Positions 51,786 to 64,000 of a stretch of DNA of 64,000 nt are shown one piece after another; the stretch's first letter is position 1, and each line of letters opens with the position of its first letter. The DNA is taken from contig NC_087437.1 in the NCBI RefSeq assembly GCF_036321535.1, positions 35,404,001-35,468,000 on the forward strand. The letters are read 5' to 3'. This DNA comes from Camelus dromedarius (lineage: Eukaryota). The translations under genes and the position numbers were made by a program. The notes under the pieces were generated by a model. It saw only the letters and a list, made by a program, of their open reading frames with translations. It was not told the origin of the DNA and searched no databases.

Positions 51786-54700
51786 CCTTGGGTGAGGCAT
51801 TTCCCTCTTGCTAAGGGCAATCCCTGGAAAAAGGATTAGCTATGAGGTGTCAGCAGCCATCACTCCTGGCAACTTGGGGAATGAGTGACTTGGTGTTACA
51901 TCACAGCCTCTACCGCAGTATCATACAAGTCATTTTAAAAATCATGGGCAACTTTATATAAGTTATATAAAATCGTTACATTAAAACTATCAATTTCTGG
52001 CTTACTTTCCCCTCCATTCTCTCCTATATTCTCCTCCTGGTGACTAGAGTTAACTGTCTAGTACCTATGCTTTCTTATCTTTCTGCTTGCCCACATACTT
52101 CTATATGAACATGCATGCTCACACCTTTTTTTGGGGAAGGGGCTTCATAATTCATTTTTCGTACGTGGGACAATATTAAATAAACTTTTATGCACATTGC
52201 TTTTTGCACTTAACCATAATTCCTGGAAATCCCTCCAAAGTTAAATGATACTGTGCCGACTCATTCATTTTAATGGCGGTGTTATTCCAGTGTGTTGCTC
52301 ATTTACCTCTTGTCTCTCATCTCCAAGCCTACTCTTTTTTTTTTTTTTTTGTATTTGTTAATTGTTTATTTATCAAGAGAAACTACTCCTTAGCCCAGAT
52401 ATTCATAGTTCATAGTTTCATAATTCATGAACCCATTTAACTCTGTGATTCTGGTAATTCTGTAAACCACATCTTCCAGAATGTTGGAGTGCTAAAGGGC
52501 TCAATCCTTCTATCTCTTCTTTACATTTATGATATAAGTGATTGCATCCATGCTCACATACAGAGCTCCAGCTTAGGTCTCACCCATGAACTCCAGACCT
52601 GTATATATAATTGCCAACTAAACAGCTCCATGTTGGGTGTCCAATATGAATCTCAAAAGTAACATGTCCACACTAAGCTCCTGATACAGTCCGGGATATT
52701 CCTTCTCTTGTCAAACCTATTCATGTTTTGGTTTTCCCTGCCCCCAGTTAATGGCAATTCTTTTCAAGTTTTAAAGTATTATGAACATAAGGCAACATGT
52801 TATTGATACTTTAGTATGCCTTCCTGATTAATACAGAGAATAAGAAATTTTCATATTGCCTTTTGAGATTTCTCTGATTTTTATACTCAGATCTATTGAT
52901 CTCTGTTCTATTGGTTTCTTTGCCTTTTTCTTAGTCATTAGTAATAGTTATTTATATAATAAGGGTGTTATTCCTTTAGCTCTGTTAAGCATAATTTTTT
53001 TGAAAACCTTTTTTGGCACTGAATTGAAATGCTAATTTTTATATTGAATATATGTATATGTACACACACACGCACACTTGTATTTGGCATTTATTCCTGG
53101 GCTTTCTTTTTTGTTTTCTTCAACAATTTGGCTATTAGTATGCCAATATTAGACTGCTTTGATTAGAATGGTTTCAATGTTAAGTATCATTTTCCCTGAC
53201 ACTTTCTACTGCCACTAGCCTTCTTTTTCTAGTTTCTTGTCTATTTTCTGACACTTAGTCTTCTACATATGTTAATATCATTGACTCTAATTCCAATAAT
53301 AGCCCACAGGATTATATTTGGAATTGTATTCTATTTACTTATTAATTTAGGAGAATTAATGTTTTTTACATCAGATGTTAAAATATTACATTTTAAAAAA
53401 TTTGTTGAGATTTTGCTTTGTATCTTTGAATTAAATTTCTAGTTTTCTTTATATAAATTCTGTCTCTTAATTATTAAATATATTCCTAGGTATTGTGTGA
53501 TGTTGTAAAGAATGGAATTTTTTTTTTCCATTTACATATCTAGATATTAATGCAATGGAGGCAGAAAGCTTACTATTTATCTGTCTTTAAATGGAAGCAT
53601 ATATCTGTTATATCATGAGCAAAAAGAATTCTATTTTTCCTAAGATTGATGTTGACTGTTTAATTTTCTCTTTTATTGCATTTGCTAGAAACTCCAAAGC
53701 AGTGCTGAATTATTATGGTGATAGAGGGCACTCCTGTTTATTTGTGATTATAATGAAAGTGTTTTACCACTTACAGTGAAGTTTGCAGTTGTATTTTGGT
53801 AAATCCCCTGTAAGTAATTTCTATCTGTTACTATTTGGTTTACATTTAATTAGCTGATTAATTTCCTCAAATGCCATTTGAGCATCTGGTAAAAAAATAA
53901 TTTGATTTTTCTTCTTTAATGTGTAAGATAATGAATTATATTAATGGACCTTCTCATTCTGAACTACTCATGTATTTCTGGAGCGAACCACAACTTGACT
54001 CTGTGTTTGAATGTCTGTGGAGTTCCTTGGAGGCTGATGATTCTTACCTCTCATGCTCTGCGTTGTATCTTCCTCTGTTCTCTCTTCTCCAACAATCAGC
54101 ACTCTCCCTACTTTTTTCTTAGAGTATTCCCAAGGCGTGCTTCTGAGTTCTTGTTTTCTAGGCACTATGCTCAATTCATCTGTTTAAAATCTCTTTTTAA
54201 AATATATCATTTCTTCTTAGAGATGTAGTTGTTAATTGTGCTTAGGTATTTTGAGGGGTTAGATGGGGATGTAAGAGAGGTACATACATGTGTTCTTTCT
54301 GCCATCTTGAATCAAAAGTGTGGAGTTAGATTTGATTCCAGGTCTCTCTTTAGTCTGAAATATACGTCCTAAGATGTGACACTATGCTGCCTATATAACA
54401 TTAAGAATTAGAGCTCTCACAGTAATAATTATATATATATGGGAATGAAGATTGAAAACTGAAGTGTGATGGCTGTAGAAAGTCAGGAGTGGCAATAAAA
54501 TTTTAAAATCAATGTAGCAGAGAAAATCTGGGATCGACCACCATCGTTGTAGTGGTGATTGATGTTGAAAGTGGGTACAGCAGGTGAGACTTAAGTGTGT
54601 ATCTTCTAAACATCAGGAGACCTGGATCCTTTGTAAGACATCTCCCATTGTTTCTTTAGTTTAATAATCAATTTTGTACCCTTGTTGATAAAGTCCAGAT

Positions 54701-55667
54701 TATTTATGAAAGAGTGGAATGGGTGTGCTAATTCCAAACTTTTAAGTATGTATTTGTGAGTGTCAGTGTGTATGTGTACGACAAGTAAGTGAAAAAGGCC
54801 TTGTGAAGTTGCCCGGTGTTGGTATAATAGAAAAGTAAAAAAAAAATTTTCTTTTATACGTACTGTATATAAGGGTCAAATTAAAATCTTTCAAAGTCAT
54901 TTCTTTCTTCCTTTACCTTTTGTACATCTGTAAAGAAAAGAGCAGAGCTGAAACATACAGGACAGGTAGCATGGCACGTGTACCTAGTCCATTCGTGTTG
55001 CTGATGAGTTCTGACCAGCTGCTTAGGATACCTGCAGCTAAGAGGATATCACGGATGCTTCTTGAAACGTTAACTGTGATGTCTTTTGGAAAGGATTGGG
55101 GAAAATTAATTAGTAAAATTTGATCAAAATAAAAGTGGGTAAAGTTTAAAAGGAAATGAGGGCTGGAGTTCAGGTTAAAGCTTGAGGTTGAAGTTCACGT
55201 GTTAAGTATTTAGACTATCTATAATTTCACACTAATTGGAATGAATAATTGTTTCCTCTGTTTAGAGGCCACCTTTTAATCCCAGTTAATTTTGAGTAAT
55301 ATTTTGTTAGTATGTGTTAACAACACCTAGAACATTGTTTACAATTTACGGGAGATTTTGCGGCTATGAATTACTGCTCTTTGCGCCTATATACATTTTC
55401 AACTTTTTATTAATGGATGCGACCTTCTAAAGATTTCTGTTACCCTAGTTTTTAACTTTTTAATAGTTTACCTTTACTTGGCCTTTTCCACATGGGTTAA
55501 TCACTTAAGTCTTTTCGTTTCACACATGCCTGAATCAGCTGCACTGCATAGACTTGTGAGTCTAACTTCTTTGTATGTGTATCTTGACCTTTTATATAAG
55601 TTAATATCCCATAAAAGTCCACAGGTTTAATTTAATTTTATTTAAGAGTGTTAGACTATTGAATCTT

Positions 55668-56410
55668 TGTATTGGTTTGTAGGGCTGCTATAACAGAGTA
55701 CCACTGCCTGGCTGACTTAAGCAACAGAAATTTATTTTCTCACACTTACAGAGGCTAGAAGTCAGAAGTCAGGGTGTCAACAGGTGTGGTTCCTTTGAAG
55801 GCCTCTCTCCTGAGCTTGTAAATGACCACCTTCTCCCTGTATCTTCTCACGGTCTTCCATCTGTATATGTCTGTGTCACAATTGCCTCTTTTTTTCCTTA
55901 CTTTTTTAAAAGATTGAGTATTGTCACTTTACAACATTGTGTCAATTTCTGGTGTACAGCACAATTTTTCAGTCATACATGAATATACATATATTCGTTT
56001 TCATATTCTTTTTCACCTTGAGCTACTACAAGATCTTGAATATATTTCCCTGTGCTATACAGTATAAACTTGTTTATCTATTCTATATGTACCTGTCAGT
56101 ATTTACAGATCTCAAATGCTAAGTTTGTCCCTTCCCACTCCCCTCCCCACTGGAACCACAAGTTTGTATTCTATGTCTGTGAGTCTGTTTCTATTTTATA
56201 TTTAAGTTCATTTGTCGTCTTTTTTTTTTTTCTTCCCAATTGCCTCTTTTTATAAGGACACCAGTCATATTGGACTAAGGCTCACCTAATAACCTTTCTT
56301 TAACCTGATTTACCTCTTTAAAGGCCCTATCTCCAAACATAGTCACATTCTGAGGTACCAGGGTTTAGGATTTCAACATAAATAAACTTGGGGAAAATAA
56401 TTCAGTTCAT
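55668..56410 (-). mobile_element. MLT1-type MaLR LTR interrupted by an L1 fragment
   Basis: TGTATTGGTTTGTAGGGCTGCTATAACAGAGTACCAC... resumes after the L1 at ATAAGGACACCAGTCATATTGGA. Confidence 0.75.
55894..56236 (-). mobile_element. L1 3'UTR fragment with TSD
   Basis: TSD CAATTGCCTCTTTTT at 55879-55893 and 56237-56251; homologous to 40076-40291 plus 43576-43690. Confidence 0.88.
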
Positions 56411-59331
56411 AATGATCTTACTAATATCTATTAGCAAATTGTTAGTTACATGGAATTAAAAACAAGTCACCTGATTGTCATAAACTTATTTAATAAAAAA
56501 CCTTAACAAAACCATCATCTGCTTAGATAAAAGTATACTGTATTTAATGTGGGAAAATAGGATCTTTATGGCACCCTTTAGTTCTGAAATTCTATAATTT
56601 CGTTATCTCCCTGTAAATTTTTCCCATCTTCATCTGCCTTAATAAGTGGACAAGACTTTTTTTTTATTGTTAGTATCTGAGAATGTATTTCTAGAGACAT
56701 TACTTTTGAAAAATATAATTAGAAGAGTTGAGCTTTTATGATTTTTTAAAAATTATAACAACCATTATTTATGAAAAAGCAGAGGAAGATATTTAATAAA
56801 CTGTCTCTGTGGTTGGATAAACACTTATTTACTTCAGTTTCTCAAATATTTTGGTTTACTGAAAATTACATAACATGATTTATCAAGATTGTTTTGTTTT
56901 AAAGGAAAATAAAAGCCATAGAGAAAGTATTTAAGGTACATTTAAAATTTGAGAGTGATTTTATTATTTTTTAATAATTAAAAAGGTACTCCAGGATCTT
57001 GCTTTGCCTCAGTGGCAACATTATGGATAATAGCTATTTTTGAATTTTTAATAAAAGGAACAATGACATCTGTTGTTTAGTGAATTTCTGTTAAGTATTT
57101 TACATATATTAAATTGTTTAATACATAAAAGAAATATGTGAAGTGAATATTACTTCCTCTATTTCACACATGAGAAAACTTAAAAATTTAGGAAGACAAA
57201 GCTAAGTAAATTACAAAGCTAGGAAGTGACAGAATGGGGATTCCAAACAAAGTCCCTTTGTCTTCAAAGTCTGTTCCTTTATCATTGTTCTGAAGTAGAA
57301 ATATATTTATCAGAATATGCCAGGTGTTGAAATAGGACATTCAGGTCAGATGATTTAGAATCCTACTAGAGCACTATGTTGTGATAAGGTCTTTGAATAT
57401 AACAGATGTAGCAAGAATGATGCACAGCCAACAAGAGATTCACATAGGGACACATTTACTTAAGATGTTTGAGAAAGGGTGTAGGCTGAGAGGATAAGTC
57501 ACATTTCTAATCCTGATTAAAATTCTGATGTGTTGAAGAATTGTGAAAGTAAGTACTTATAATGCAATCAAATGATTGAAATGGTGTTTCTAACTCACAG
57601 CCATTTAAGCAGATTGTCTTAATTTTCTGTCTGGCCACTTAGAGTAAAAACATCCGGAAAAGAGTGAGACTAGGATACCTAGAGTCACACAATCACTGTC
57701 AACTCCCAGCAGTTGAGAAACACTAATTGAGAAAAATGAGTAATGGTGTTTCATTTGCATCCAGTAGAGTTTAACATGTTATGATTGGTGTGGGTAATCA
57801 TATCTACCCATGGAAAGTATTACCTATGTGTATGTATTTTGCAATTTCACTAAAATGCTTGTGATAAGAGTAACATCGAAGAAAAAAGTAGCAGCATTGT
57901 CTACAAGTGAGCCACATGTCCCAGGAACCCTTCTGTGATAGACAATGGCAAGGCTGGAGTGGAATCCAGCTTGAGAGATGGAATCACCAAAGGTATCATC
58001 ATGATCACTTGCTGAAGGAAACCTCAGATGGGCGTATTTCCTGGGGTCGCTGGTGGGGACCAGGCAGGAAGGGTAGCCATCAGCAGTCAGGCATTTCTTG
58101 AGAACAGCACCTCTTAGCAATCACAAAGATGCCTTTCACTGGATGCGGGAAAACTCAGTTAGGGACCACACAACTGACGCTTCCATCTTCATACCCTCTG
58201 ACATCTTATGTTTTATATTATTGCTCTATTTCTAGTACAAAATATCCATCATGTATGTATCTAGAAAACATTATTGTGATTTTGAAAATTGAAATGACTT
58301 GTCTGAATGTTTTTGGATCTTTCTTTCTCTCCTTTTTCCTATAACTTTCTACTTGAGTCTCCTTATATTTTCCAAATCAAGCATTTTACAAAATGTACTA
58401 CATTTCTTTTTCTCTGGCCTTTATCTTCTTCTTATTCTCAGAAATATTTTTAGGCCTTCAAACTTCTTTGTATTTTATATCCTATTGCATTTTTACACCA
58501 CCTGTTAATTATTTTTTAACTGTAAAATACTTGTATAAAAAATATAAAGTTTCTGTTTCAGTGTTTTCTCTCATAAAGGAAGACTAACTTTTTCCCCATT
58601 TGTTCCTTTCCTTGAAATATCTTGCCACAGAAGGAGTTGTATGTCATAGTTCTCTCACTTTCTATGTTTATTTATTCTGTAGTTATGGTTGTTGTGGTAA
58701 TAATCAAGTCCTGGCTCCTTAGGGCAAGAACGTTATCCTTTTCTTGATAATGCTTTATTTATTAAATAATACATCAAGCAATAAAGGAACCAGAGAAACA
58801 TCACAAAGTAATTAAAAGTTGTTTCCTGACCCATTTATCTTTTTATATATGTATAATATAACAAATAACAATCAAGAAATTGTCATCTTGTATATCTATA
58901 TACATGCAAATTAAATAGACAACAACCAAAACATTGCACAGTGTTTCATTAAAATGTTAGCTAAACTACAGCATCACAAAACACTACAAATTATATTTGG
59001 TTTCACAACAATTAAAAATAATTACAATTTTATATAAACTCACATGGTGGTTGTTCTTAGCACTGCCACTAATACATAGTTCCATTGTTGTAAAGCCTGA
59101 GTCATTGACTATTAAAATAAGTTTGTTATTATTTGTCACCCTAGTAGTTTTTCCTAACTCCAGAACTTCTCTTCCTTTTTCATCAAACCTATCCTTTTCT
59201 TGGTAATTTAAAAAATTGTTTATATCTATTGTCTACTTTCAGATTTCTGTTATGAGGTTCATACAAAATGATGTCTGGGGTTGAAATAGCAATATGTATG
59301 AAAACAGATGGTGTCATGACAGATGACATAT

Positions 59332-60025
59332 CTTTTTTCTTTTTATTGTGGTAAAAAACACATAACATGAAATTTACTGCCTTAACCATTTTAAGTATAC
59401 AGTTCAGTAGTTAAGTATATTCACATTATTGTTTAAGAGGTCTTCAGAACTTTTTCATCTTGCAAAATGAAACCCTATACCCATTAAAAACAACTCCCAT
59501 TTCCCCCTCCCCCAAGCCTCTAGTAATCACCATTCTACTGTTTCTATGAATTTGATTACTTTAGATAACTCCTGTAAATAGAATTACACAGTATTTTTCT
59601 TCTCTTTTCTTTTCTTTTTTTTTTTTTTTGTGATTGACTTATTTTACTTAGCATAATGTCCTCAAGGTTTATTCATGTTGTAGCACATGACAGGATTTGC
59701 TTCCTTTTAAAGGCTGAATAATATTCCACTGTATGCTTATATCACACTTTGTTTATCCATTCATCCATTGATGGTAATTTGGGTTGCTTCCATCTCTTGA
59801 GTATTTTGAATAATGATGTAATAAACATGAATGTGTAAATATCTCTTCGAGAAACTACTTTCAGTTCTTTTGGATATATACCCAGAAGTGAGACTGCCAG
59901 TAATCATCTCAGTAATTCTATTTTTAATTATTTGAGGATCTACCATACGGTTTTCCATAAAAATTGCACTATTTTACATTCCCACCAAGAGTGCACAAGG
60001 ATTCTTTTTTTCACATTCTTGCCAA
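59332..60025 (-). mobile_element. Older 5'-truncated L1 (L1MA/MB-like)
   Basis: TTTATTGTGGTAAAAAACACATAACATGAAATTTAC end; ORF2 3' text (TACCCAGAAGTG, CATTCCCACCAA). Confidence 0.8.
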
Positions 60026-62299
60026 ATTATTCTGCTATGTAGATATTCTTCATATATTCTTAAATGAGGATTTACAATGTGTAATACTCTCTCCAGGGGT
60101 TAGTAAAAAGGTAGCATGCAAAATAATCTGTTGAACACACACAACACTTTATATATCAGAGACTTAATTCCTTTCTTTTCCATACTAGTGAAAAGATAGT
60201 GCTATTTTGTATATGGGGAAGGCACAAATGATGTGTTATGATCTTAGGAGACTTGGATATCCATGAGTAGTCAATTAAAAATCTGGTCCATGGGAAATTA
60301 ACATTGTGTGTTGGTTATTTTTATAAAAGTTTCAATTTCTGTGCCTCCAAACATCATGAAAACCAAGGGGTGAGTGAAAAGCTTTATGTAGAAGCAATTA
60401 AAAAATATCTTCCTAGGTTGAATGCTGAAAAATCTCATGTTAAAATAAAGATTTTGGGGGGAGGGGATGTTTCAGAAAACTTGCTCAAACCTAGGACAGT
60501 TAGTGATGTTAGGAATGATAAATCTGACACATTTTTCTTGTTCTGAGGCAACTCTTTTAAAGTGAGATAAATAGTCATAACAGCTTATCCTGACCTGTTT
60601 CCTTTATGTTTCCAAGATTTCTTTGTTCAATGCCAAAAGTAAAGAAAAGTTTAATGCTTGTGATTAATGGCTATGCTGTATGAAGTTACACAGCATAATT
60701 TATAGGGTACCTTCTCAAGCAAGCACCTCAGGGCTTTGTATAATAAAATAAAAATGCATATAAACACAGAACTCATCCATAAATTAAAAATCCAATATTC
60801 AGTGTTAGGTGAAACAACAGTACAAGTCTTTCTTCATCACCCAAATATAAGTTTTTATTTAACCAAAAATTCCCATCCCTAATAAATGTCTTATCTATTA
60901 TCTTAAATTTTCTTTTTTTCTTGTGTTTTTATTGAATTATCCTCATGTTTACAGTATTAAACTCATACATTCTTAACATTTGAGGCTTGTCAAAAACTTA
61001 TAATAGAACAAATATGTTTAACCCATAGACATACAAATTTGACATTAGAGAATTTTCTTCACTTTACTATAACTGGAAGGATTTATAGGTATAAAGGGGA
61101 GAATTTATAGATTGTAGTGTTTTTTTATTCTTTTATCTCTAGAGTTAATGTCTTTGGATCTAACCATAATCTTATTATGCCATTTTTGGATTTGTATAGT
61201 AGTATATGCTTTTAAATAATCTTTCATATTAATTTTATTTTTGCATCCTCACAACTACTCTATGAAGAAGGAAGGGCAAGTATTATTAGAGCTCCATTTA
61301 TAGATGAGGAAATGCAGTCAGAGGGCAGTTCCGTGACCTGCCAAATGTCACACAGTCATTTAGTGGTAAAGTTAGAGCTGGAGTTCTTGGCTTCTGACTC
61401 TGACACAGCGTGTGTCTCATAACAATGCGGCTCTAGGGCACCCCAAAATGTGACCAATTCAGAGGGATAATTTCTAATCATATTGATAGAGAAGTACATT
61501 ATTTCTCACATTCTGAAGTAAACCTATTTAGATGAATTCCCTCTTGTCATCAAGGGCAGATGGCCAGCCCGCCATAACAATTTAAAGCACTATTTTGGTG
61601 TCAACCTTTATGGTTCAGATGATGACAGAAGCAGAGCAGCTTTCTTCCTTGGTGCTATGGCCTTTGCAAACGGGGTCTGAAGCTGACAGAGGGGCTGTGC
61701 AACATGGAACTCCCCACGTTGCATTTCACTTGAGCATGGAGTTTTCTCCTAAGTACACATTTCACATTGTGTGTCAAGAACAATGCCAGGAGTTGGGAAC
61801 AAAACAGCAAAGCATCAGGTGTGGTCTTTGCTCATTTGGAGAAGGTGATACCATTCTGGTGAAAATGTGTCTGTGATACACGTGTCTGTAGCACAGAGTA
61901 GTGGTGACTCATTTTGAGTTAATACACACAGGCAGTTTTCTAGAGCTGGGTATTGTCTCTGATTCAATATGAGGCCTGTCACACATTGGAAGAGAGAAGT
62001 TGGGAATCGGAGAGAAAGTGTTTCACTGCCTCTGTGTGCCCAGCCATATAAAAATCATGCTTTCTCTTCCTGTGTATGAACTGTACTTAAGAAGGTCACC
62101 AGTGATGCCATACTGCCAAATCTAATGCTCAGTTCTCAGTCCTTTTACTCAACTTATCAGCAGCATTTTACACAGCTGATTACTCCAGCTTTCCTGAAAA
62201 TTTTTGTTCTCATTTGGTTTCCAGGATGCTATTTTCTTTTGGTTATCCTTCTAACTTAATTTCCTTTGGTAGAGCCTGGTTATTTTTCTGATGTCTGAT

Positions 62300-62896
62300 T
62301 GTTACTGGGAGGAGGGAAATAAAAATTGACTCGATTCTTAGTCACCTGAAAAAAAAGAATTTTAACGAGATACAGAGAGTGTGATATAAACAAGATTTTT
62401 ATTAGTAGAGTAAAAAGGGAGTAAAAGATAGTACACGGCCGAGAATTGGGAGCAGGCCGTTCCAAGAGAGGAAGATGGTGCCTCTCCTTTGTTTTTCCTG
62501 TTTTATATCCTGGCTTAGGGGCGTTTTTTTTGTGATTGATTGATTAATGGCTCTGGTTATTTGATTACTCAGGCCGATTGACAGCTCAGGTCCTTGTGCT
62601 CTGGCATGCCCATCGCCTTTTGGGCAGGTTCCTACCCATGAAGCACACAGAGAAACCCACAGAAGGGGGCTCCAACTGTAATGTTAATTACATTATAATG
62701 AGCATTGGGTCAAGTTACGCCGGGTCCTTCTCTCTTTTGTGCAGCTGCAGTTTTGATTTTAGCTGCTCTCATTTAGAGAAAATAGAAGTTTCTGGAGTCC
62801 CTTATCCTGAGTGCAGGCATACTGTTATTTTCTGGGTTGTTCCTTTCCCCGTCCTCTCCCCCTGCCCAGTGCTCATTTCTGTCTAACTGCCTAATA
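62300..62896 (-). mobile_element. Solo LTR (ERV1-type)
   Basis: TGTTA... / ...CTAATA termini (CA decayed); flanks TGAT / TAAT; poly(A)-signal-like and TATA motifs on the - strand. Confidence 0.7.
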
Positions 62897-64000
62897 TAAT
62901 CATTCCAATGTCGTGAGGATCAGACTTTAAACTCTATTCTTCTCTTTCAACAGTATTTTCTTAGGTGACACCTTCTAGTCCCATGGAAAGAATTACCTTT
63001 TGTTTGCTGGTGATTTCTAAACTTACATCTATAGATAGACACCTTCCTAGAAAATATAAACTGCTCACTATATGTTGAATAAGTTGTGAGATTTAAAGAG
63101 GTATATTTGACATGAAATATGTCAAAATAGTTAAATAATGTCAAATTTTGGAAACCAGTAGGCTTTACCATCTGAAGAAAAACAAATTCTCCTGAAAAAC
63201 AGATCAAGAAGTACAAAAATAGGGAAAAATTAGGTCAATTTAATACCAATTGGTGAATATAAGACACAATAAAAAAGTAAATGGCTGATACTTTGCCAAA
63301 CTTTGGGTCACAGAAGTATATGATGTAAACCATTACATGGGGAAAAAGAAACTAGCATTATGACTGTCATCAACAAGGATTGCACAGGAATCAGACATGG
63401 TTGCCTAGGATACTAAACCTGTCTCCATCATATAAAAATGGTAAAACAAAAATTGGATGTACAGACTAACTTGTACTGTGTAGCAGTAGCACTGTGGTAT
63501 CACCCAGGGGGGTGAAACAGCTGACCCCACAAGAGGTTGTGGGCAAAAAGAACCAAAAAGAGGAGATTCTGAGTCTATAAAATATGTGATTCTGAATCTG
63601 TTTGAGACTTTGGGAGTACTCGCGCAGGCCCAGTCTTCAGTGCTCACTACCCTACTTCTTTAGCATCAGTATCACCACATGAACTGGTAGTCAGATGAGC
63701 AACTGGGGCAGAGCACACCCTTAGCTGTTTCTCCACCAATGATGTGTAAAATCACCTACATGAGCAAACAGAGACAGAAGCTGTCAACAGAAATATGAAC
63801 AAAAGAGTAGATATGAAGATTGCGAGATTATTCCTTGCTTCCTCTCTGGGGCCTGAAATGTAGAAAGCTCCACCTCAGAGTTTTGTTGGGTGTAGGCAGA
63901 AAGTCTTGAGGAAACTTCATGGGGCCCCATGAAACCCAAAAGTCTTCTCGGAGCAGTCAAGTATTTCCCTGGGTGAGAAGGGTTGTTCATGTGATCTGAG

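Noticed and set aside
57850..58160. Coding-looking purine-rich stretch, possible ancient LINE remnant
   Set aside because: Only short ORFs with no recognisable domain and vague similarity; cannot be supported without an HMM search.
63670..63790. - strand acceptor-like site at 63756 followed by VILHIIGGETAKGVLCPSCSSDYQFMW*
   Set aside because: Peptide not recognised and no other linked exon is visible.
63916..63933. Perfect 18-bp palindrome TTCATGGGGCCCCATGAA
   Set aside because: A 9-bp-arm palindrome is expected about 0.2 times per 64 kb by chance; no supporting context.

Overview
Repeat-rich, mostly AT-rich mammalian genomic DNA. The tRNA-derived SINEs resemble camelid Vic-1, so a camelid origin is likely but inferred. 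I could not identify any host protein-coding exon. Two structures stand out. (1) A young full-length LINE-1 (15250-22451, + strand) with a perfect 17-bp TSD, a CpG-rich 5'UTR containing a 6x17-bp GC-box repeat, an ORF1 broken only by a +1 homopolymer slip, an open 1264-aa ORF2 and an apparent 36-bp 3' transduction. (2) A nested insertion at ~39.1-46.6 kb: a decayed ERV internal region contains a truncated L1, which is split by a 3.27-kb GC-rich insert (40292-43561, - strand). The insert has its own 14-bp TSD, an AATAAA and a short A-tail, and looks like a retrotransposed, unspliced, intronically polyadenylated pre-mRNA of a SCAN-domain zinc-finger gene. The rest is solo LTRs, MaLR (MLT1), a MER2-like element, truncated L1s, SINEs and microsatellites. 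Repeat family names come from memory of consensus features, not from a database search.
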